From assembly GCA_040954595.2 (NCBI GenBank), contig CM082594.2, forward strand, positions 2,250,247 to 2,314,246: a stretch of 64,000 nucleotides of DNA, read 5' to 3'. Under the pieces are notes generated by a model, which did not search any database, had not been told where the DNA came from, and saw nothing but the letters and a program-made list of their open reading frames with translations. Shown piece by piece: positions 60,101-64,000 of this stretch. This DNA is from Balanoglossus misakiensis. Taxonomy: Eukaryota; Animalia; Hemichordata. The stretch's first letter is position 1. Each line of letters starts with the position of its first letter. The translations under genes were made by a program, and so were the position numbers.

Positions 60101-60545
60101 CAAAACTAACGTCTAGCCTCACTCATGCCACTGGCCCAATAAACCCCATACCCCTTGCTGGAAACGCTACTAGAGCATTAGTTTTGGAAGCAAAGCATAC
60201 AAAATACGGCTAGATTACTAGACAAGCGCTTGGGTGACATTAACAGGTACACATAAACGAACTTGAAAACAAGATAATACAGTGTCATGAAAACATATAA
60301 AAGAAAGAAAGAAAAAAAAAAAAAACAAGCAAACAAACAAACGAAAGAACGAAAATTCAATGAACAAAAGCAAGCAAAAACAAGATTTCTAGAGTTTGCC
60401 TCTGAAACTAAAAACCTATGATGCTGAACTTAAAGTGAAACACTCACCCCTGTTATTTCATGTGAATGAACATGAACAGTCCATACATTGACCCTTTGAT
60501 CAATAGATGCACTGACCAATGTCGTGCAGTCCATCCATTTAATAC
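54187..60545 (-). CDS. WDR6: WD-repeat protein 6 (tRNA 2'-O-methyltransferase regulator), last three coding exons; 5' part beyond window
   Basis: Exons 60545-60448, 59486-59419 and 54250-54187 splice in phase to GIKWMDCTTLVSASIDQRVNVWTVHVHSHEITG-VTLEQSRIVNVSDLICMESWTIK-YDTLYLLIGGVGLQLLSIQR*. This matches the WDR6 C-terminus as I recall it (VSASIDQRLTFW...HVPDVADM...GGQGL). Confidence 0.82.
54815..55008. mobile_element. Short Kolobok-type MITE; inverted copy at 59162-59354
   Basis: TTAA-aggtatacagtc...gaccgtatacct-TTAA in both copies. Confidence 0.85.
55027..57935 (+). mobile_element. Full-length hAT DNA transposon (2.9 kb) in the last WDR6 intron
   Basis: Perfect 15-bp TIR CAGTGTTGCAGCCAG (55027) / CTGGCTGCAACACTG (57921-57935). 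Flanks ATAAATGA and tt-TTAAATGA form an imperfect TSD. Confidence 0.9.
55454..57646 (+). CDS. hAT transposase, ZNF862-like, 730 aa, uninterrupted
   Basis: N-terminal zinc finger (WLEY..MYCKIC..RHMRGSDH), catalytic DESTD and GSDGA, HCVAHRL, RW, and TADCERGFS in the dimerisation domain. Confidence 0.93.
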   Translation: MAGHQKRITSFFTKPTLSSTTDRSDDQLQNVGQGPGMNVLHAQGPDVSNSEQLDSETQHGPSEPKKTKTTERKFQESWLKNDKYSNWLEYNSEKNHMYCKICRETGKHNALTEQSGCDNFRTSTLDRHMRGSDHLQAIEEIALRKTFNAAVNRALSENEQGIISAMQSVYWLAKEDIATRKYESLLKFLKLQGVPTMDKLHIGQNASYTSRQTAEEMQDAIGKVIADDIQRQLQQSEFVSVLSDESTDISVSKKLVIYARMIEEDFTPRTRYVGNVKVKDGTAVTIAAELKNNLLEKNGIKPSQLIGFGSDGASVMRGRKNGVSVRIQREVNPHLISIHCVAHRLALCTSQAADGIPYLKKYQQTLTDIYYYFKRSAVRTEGVKDIQAILDDPSLKYKEVHDVRWFSFYAALETIYRTYGSLVTYFSSVAEKTPVAKGLVKTMTQFEFVAVTHLLMDVIPILTHLSMVFQSADLDIAIVQALVKTTVGQVKELATQDGKFLSEFERMKKSDDKFSVSGHDISVTRNAIAHFRNIRSGFIENILRNLHERFPQDTTDLINAFAVLAMRPLTFLSADQVSDFGNKEIGMLVSHFGESKTLEDETVIDPIVDRDAVNREWATAKALVLSQLYPRDRMAVLWKLLYAYHRDQFPNLFKLAKIALVLPVQTADCERGFSVQNRIKTSSRNRLEANRLHTLSLISAEGPPIEEFPFRVALKEWRQVKQRRIDNHWK
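58380..58739. mobile_element. Intact Kolobok-type MITE (agggacaaagtc family)
   Basis: TTAA-agggacaaagtc...gactttatccct-TTAA. Confidence 0.9.
60066..60222. repeat. ~155-bp palindromic mini-element
   Basis: ctagtaatctagccgtattttgt...gcttccaaaactaa / ttagttttggaagc...acaaaatacggctagattactag. Confidence 0.75.
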
Positions 60546-60648
60546 CTGCAATGACAAAGATAAAATGTGAAAATTAATGCAATTGTATGTTCTTGCTATT
60601 TATGCAGGACTTATAATAATTACTACTCTTGACAGACAGATGTAAACT

Positions 60649-63600
60649 TTAAAGTGAACCGACACCTTCCTTGCAGAGAGGTTCTAATAAAATCTTTGTG
60701 AAAAACATGAGTGATTTGCGTCGATTTTATTCACTTTCACTTATCGCGCAGCAGCGTAGCGTCGATCTCGATATGCAGTGTGACGTCACCAACTACGCAC
60801 CAGTAGCAGACGCCACCGTGCGCGCGCACACGTACTCAGACAGTTGACATGGCTGGCTGCCTTGCAAGTGGGTGCAAAAACAAGGGAAAAAGTTTTTTCA
60901 AAGTTCCCGATCCTGCGGTTGACAGTCAAAATGCAATTCTGGCTGAAAAGTGGTTGTCAAACATTGGCATATCCTGTTCTGTTGCCGAATTTAAGTTTGG
61001 GAGGAACAAGGTGGTATGTGAAGACCATTTTGAAAAGTCCTGTCTCCAGCGAGATTTGAAAGCCGAACTTCTTGGGTATATCCCAAAGCGAAAGATGCTG
61101 ATAGCCGGGTCCGTACCAACATTGGTGTTGACAACTGAAGGAAAGGTGAGTGAAATCATCCGTAATTTAAATTGAAATGTTTCGTTTTCCGCGATCAGCG
61201 TAATTTTCTTCAGCTTTTATTCGCCCTACATAAAGCCACAAAAGGTGATGCATCCGCGTTACTGTTAAAGTTGGGCCAAGTTGTCATATTTCTAAAACCT
61301 CTAATCTATTTATGAAATGTATATGTTTTAAATCGTGCATTTGATGGATGTATTTTAAAATTGCATCTTTCGATATTTCAATTCTTGTCAAAATACCGTT
61401 CATCGCATTCATAGCTACTCGTCGATGCACTTCGGATCCATGAGAAAAAACGGTTGTATCACATGCCATACGTCAATACACAGTGCGACGCGCCGTACAA
61501 TGCATCTCATATTTCGTTAAAAAAATAATTACAGAATATTGGAAATGTCTTTTCCTTGATTAGGCCACCGTATGTAGTGATATTTTTTAAATTTCGGTGC
61601 TTATTGCTGAGGTGGATAATACTTTTGCTTGGGAAATTTTCAAGTTCAACAAAGCCCTATATCGTGAAGCATATTGCAAAAAAACTTCACAGCAAAAATT
61701 GTCGAAACAGTCTGGGCTCCTGATTTCCTTTGATCAAAACCGCGAAACCGAATTTTTGGCACTGTAAATCAAAACTCTGATCGGAAGAAAGTAGTGTGGC
61801 GGAAATACTAGTAAACACTGTTTTTGTGGCGTACCCAAGCTGTGAATGCATCGCAAAACCATTCCCAAAGACAAAAACGACCACCTGTACCATTCGGAAG
61901 CACCACAGATGTACTCGAAACATGACAATCGGAGTTTCTGCCTCCCTTTGATCAACAAAGCCGCATCTTTTCACAACTGTTTATCAACGTTCATGTACTT
62001 GATTTAAAAAGAAAGGATGGTAGACACGTGTGGTTGACATTTTCGCGAGAGTGTCAATAGGTTTACTTTCTATTCTTTCGGGAAATCAATAGGGATCCCT
62101 TTTATGACATGGGTGACTAAATGTCAAAAATTATCGCATGGCTTCGTTATATGTCGTTCAAGTCTTTATCTTCATGTGTTTGTTTCAAATAAATATGACA
62201 ACCGGTGAAATCCCAGAGAATAACATTTTTCTACTCTTTTTTTGGGGTCACACAGGCTCTACACTCCACCGACAACTCAGAAGTAGAAAGCGAACTTCAT
62301 TCAAGCGGAAACAATCCTTTCGAAAACGACATACATGTACATGTACCTGAAAGAGTGGTGCATACACGAAGTATCGAAACGCAGACAGATGCAGTGATCA
62401 TTTTATCACCGGAACAGCTTTCTTCGCCAGTTCAACAAAACGCCAACAGTGATGCCAGTGAACCACCCCAAAAGAAGTCTAAATACGATGCAGTAAGTTT
62501 TTCATCACCGCGTAAAACATCGTCGAACTCCATAAACCACTCCACACCGATGAAAGGTATGAACGACACACTTGACACCTCCGAGTTTGACAGCCCTTCC
62601 AGTACACCAGCATCAAGACAACAGAATATCCAGCGTGATCCAGACTACGAACCAGGCAGTGAGAGTGAAACAGAGTCAGAATCAGAACTTGAGACTACAG
62701 ACTTTATACATGAACACAAATACATCGTCTTTGAAAGTTGTCTTGATGAGCTCTGTAATCAGCTAAAATGTTCTGAGTGTAACGCACCGGTTGACGAATG
62801 TGACAAAGTGATAACCGGTTCTTCTTTGTCTGTATCTTTGTATTGTTTGAATGGCCACCTGATTTATCACTGGAGGTCACAGCCTGTTATAGGTAAAATG
62901 CCGGTGGGAAATTTGCTTGCGTCGAGTGCTATCCTTTTCAGTGGGCAAACTTTCCAGCGTATATCTAATTTCACTGATCTTCTAAATTTGAAGTTTGTTG
63001 GAAAAACAACTTATCAACAAATTCAAAATGAGTATGTTATACCTGAAATAGAAAGTACCTGGAAAACAGAACAGGGAGAGGTGTTTGAATCGTTACGTGG
63101 AAAGCACATCAAAACAATAGGTGACGGTAGATGTGACTGTCCCGGTTACAATGCGAAGTATAGTTCTTATACGATGATGGATTCCGTGTCGAAGAAAGTT
63201 GTAGATTTTACACTTGTACAAGTGAGTGAGGTGTCTTCATCTGTTGCCATGGAGAAAGAGGGTTTCCAGCGAGTCATGGAAAATATGGTTGCCAATGGTA
63301 TTGAACCCAGCACAGTCGCTACTGACAGACATGTGGGAATTAGAAGTGTCATGAAAAAGAAATATGCGCATATTTCCCATCAGTTCGATGTTTGGCATCT
63401 TGAAAAATCGGTCAAGAAAAAGATCATGGAAAGGGCTAAAACAAAGAAATGTAGTCAGTTGCTGGACTGGGTGAAGGCCATTGGCCATCATTTATGGTTT
63501 TGTGCCAGTCAATGTAATGGTAACAAAGAACTGCTTGTGGAGATGTGGCAATCGATTTTGAGACATATTACAAACAAGCATTCTTGGTCAGGTTGTAAGC

Positions 63601-64000
63601 ATTACAACAAATGTGCGCATGCCAGATTACCACGACGCACTAAAAAGAAATGGCTAAAACCAACATCAGCTGCTTACATGGCATTAAAAGAAATCATCAT
63701 GGATAAGCGTCTCCTGAAAGACATCCAGCAAATTAGCGAATTTTGTCACACGGGGGCCCTTGAAGTGTATCGCTCCATGCTGAGGAAATATGCACCCAAA
63801 CGTCAGGAGTTTGATTACAAGCAGATGGTTGCTAGACTTCAACTAGCTGCTCTTGATAACAACAAGAATGTAGCGAGGAAGCAGGCTGTAATCAAAAAAC
63901 CCTGTCGTAATACCGGTAGTTTGGGGGAGTTGCGGTACAAGAGTGTTTATCATAAGGGCAGTGGAAAATGGGTCGCTCGACCAGTGTTTGAAGGTAAAAG
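60649..64000 (+). mobile_element. Autonomous-type Kolobok transposon, right end beyond window, inside a WDR6 intron
   Basis: Candidate left end TTAA-agtgaacc at 60649, followed by the THAP+DDE gene. The right TIR cannot be seen. Confidence 0.7.
60849..64000 (+). CDS. THAP-domain Kolobok-type DDE transposase, spliced (60849-61145 + 62256->64000), 3'-partial
   Basis: Exon 1 encodes THAP: CLASGC..F..P..W..CEDHF..GSVPT, donor AAG|GTGAGT. Exon 2 is open from 62256 to the window end (missed by the ORF track because it has no stop): KYIVFESCL, GDGRCDCPG, SSVAMEKEG, ATDRH, FDVWH, HTGALEVY, KYAPKR. An extra middle exon cannot be excluded. Confidence 0.82.

Noticed and set aside
60430-60450. TTAA-agtgaa as an alternative Kolobok left end
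   Set aside because: It abuts a WDR6 splice donor and would place a host exon inside the element; 60649 fits better.
5947-60545. CMTR2 and WDR6 as a 2'-O-methylation gene cluster
   Set aside because: They act on different substrates (mRNA cap versus tRNA via FTSJ1) and are separated by ERO1; proximity alone is not evidence without conserved synteny.

Overview
This is AT-rich, intron-containing animal DNA, probably an invertebrate deuterostome (hemichordate/echinoderm-like; inference only). Reading splice sites by hand gives three housekeeping genes. CMTR2 lies on the minus strand with 11 coding exons (5947-30246), one GC-AG intron and its last exon(s) off the left edge. It is head-to-head with a complete 13-exon ERO1-like oxidoreductase (plus, 32260-49690), which converges on the last three exons of WDR6 (minus, 54187-60545). 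Two genes are nested antisense in introns: an intronless Toll-like receptor in ERO1 intron 10, and a 104-aa secreted PAN/apple-domain gene in CMTR2 intron 4. The most notable observation concerns the apple gene, which has its own TATA box, 4 exons and a polyA signal. It lies inside a ~7-kb block bounded by Helentron/HINE-like 5' and 3' ends that split a Kolobok-type MITE in two, so it looks like a whole gene mobilised as cargo of a rolling-circle element. The same element family forms a ~1.42-kb tandem array at 1-3953. WDR6 introns hold an intact hAT (ZNF862-like) transposon and an apparently intact THAP-DDE Kolobok element. Many MITEs and LINE fragments fill the rest. No CRISPR, tRNA or rRNA was found.
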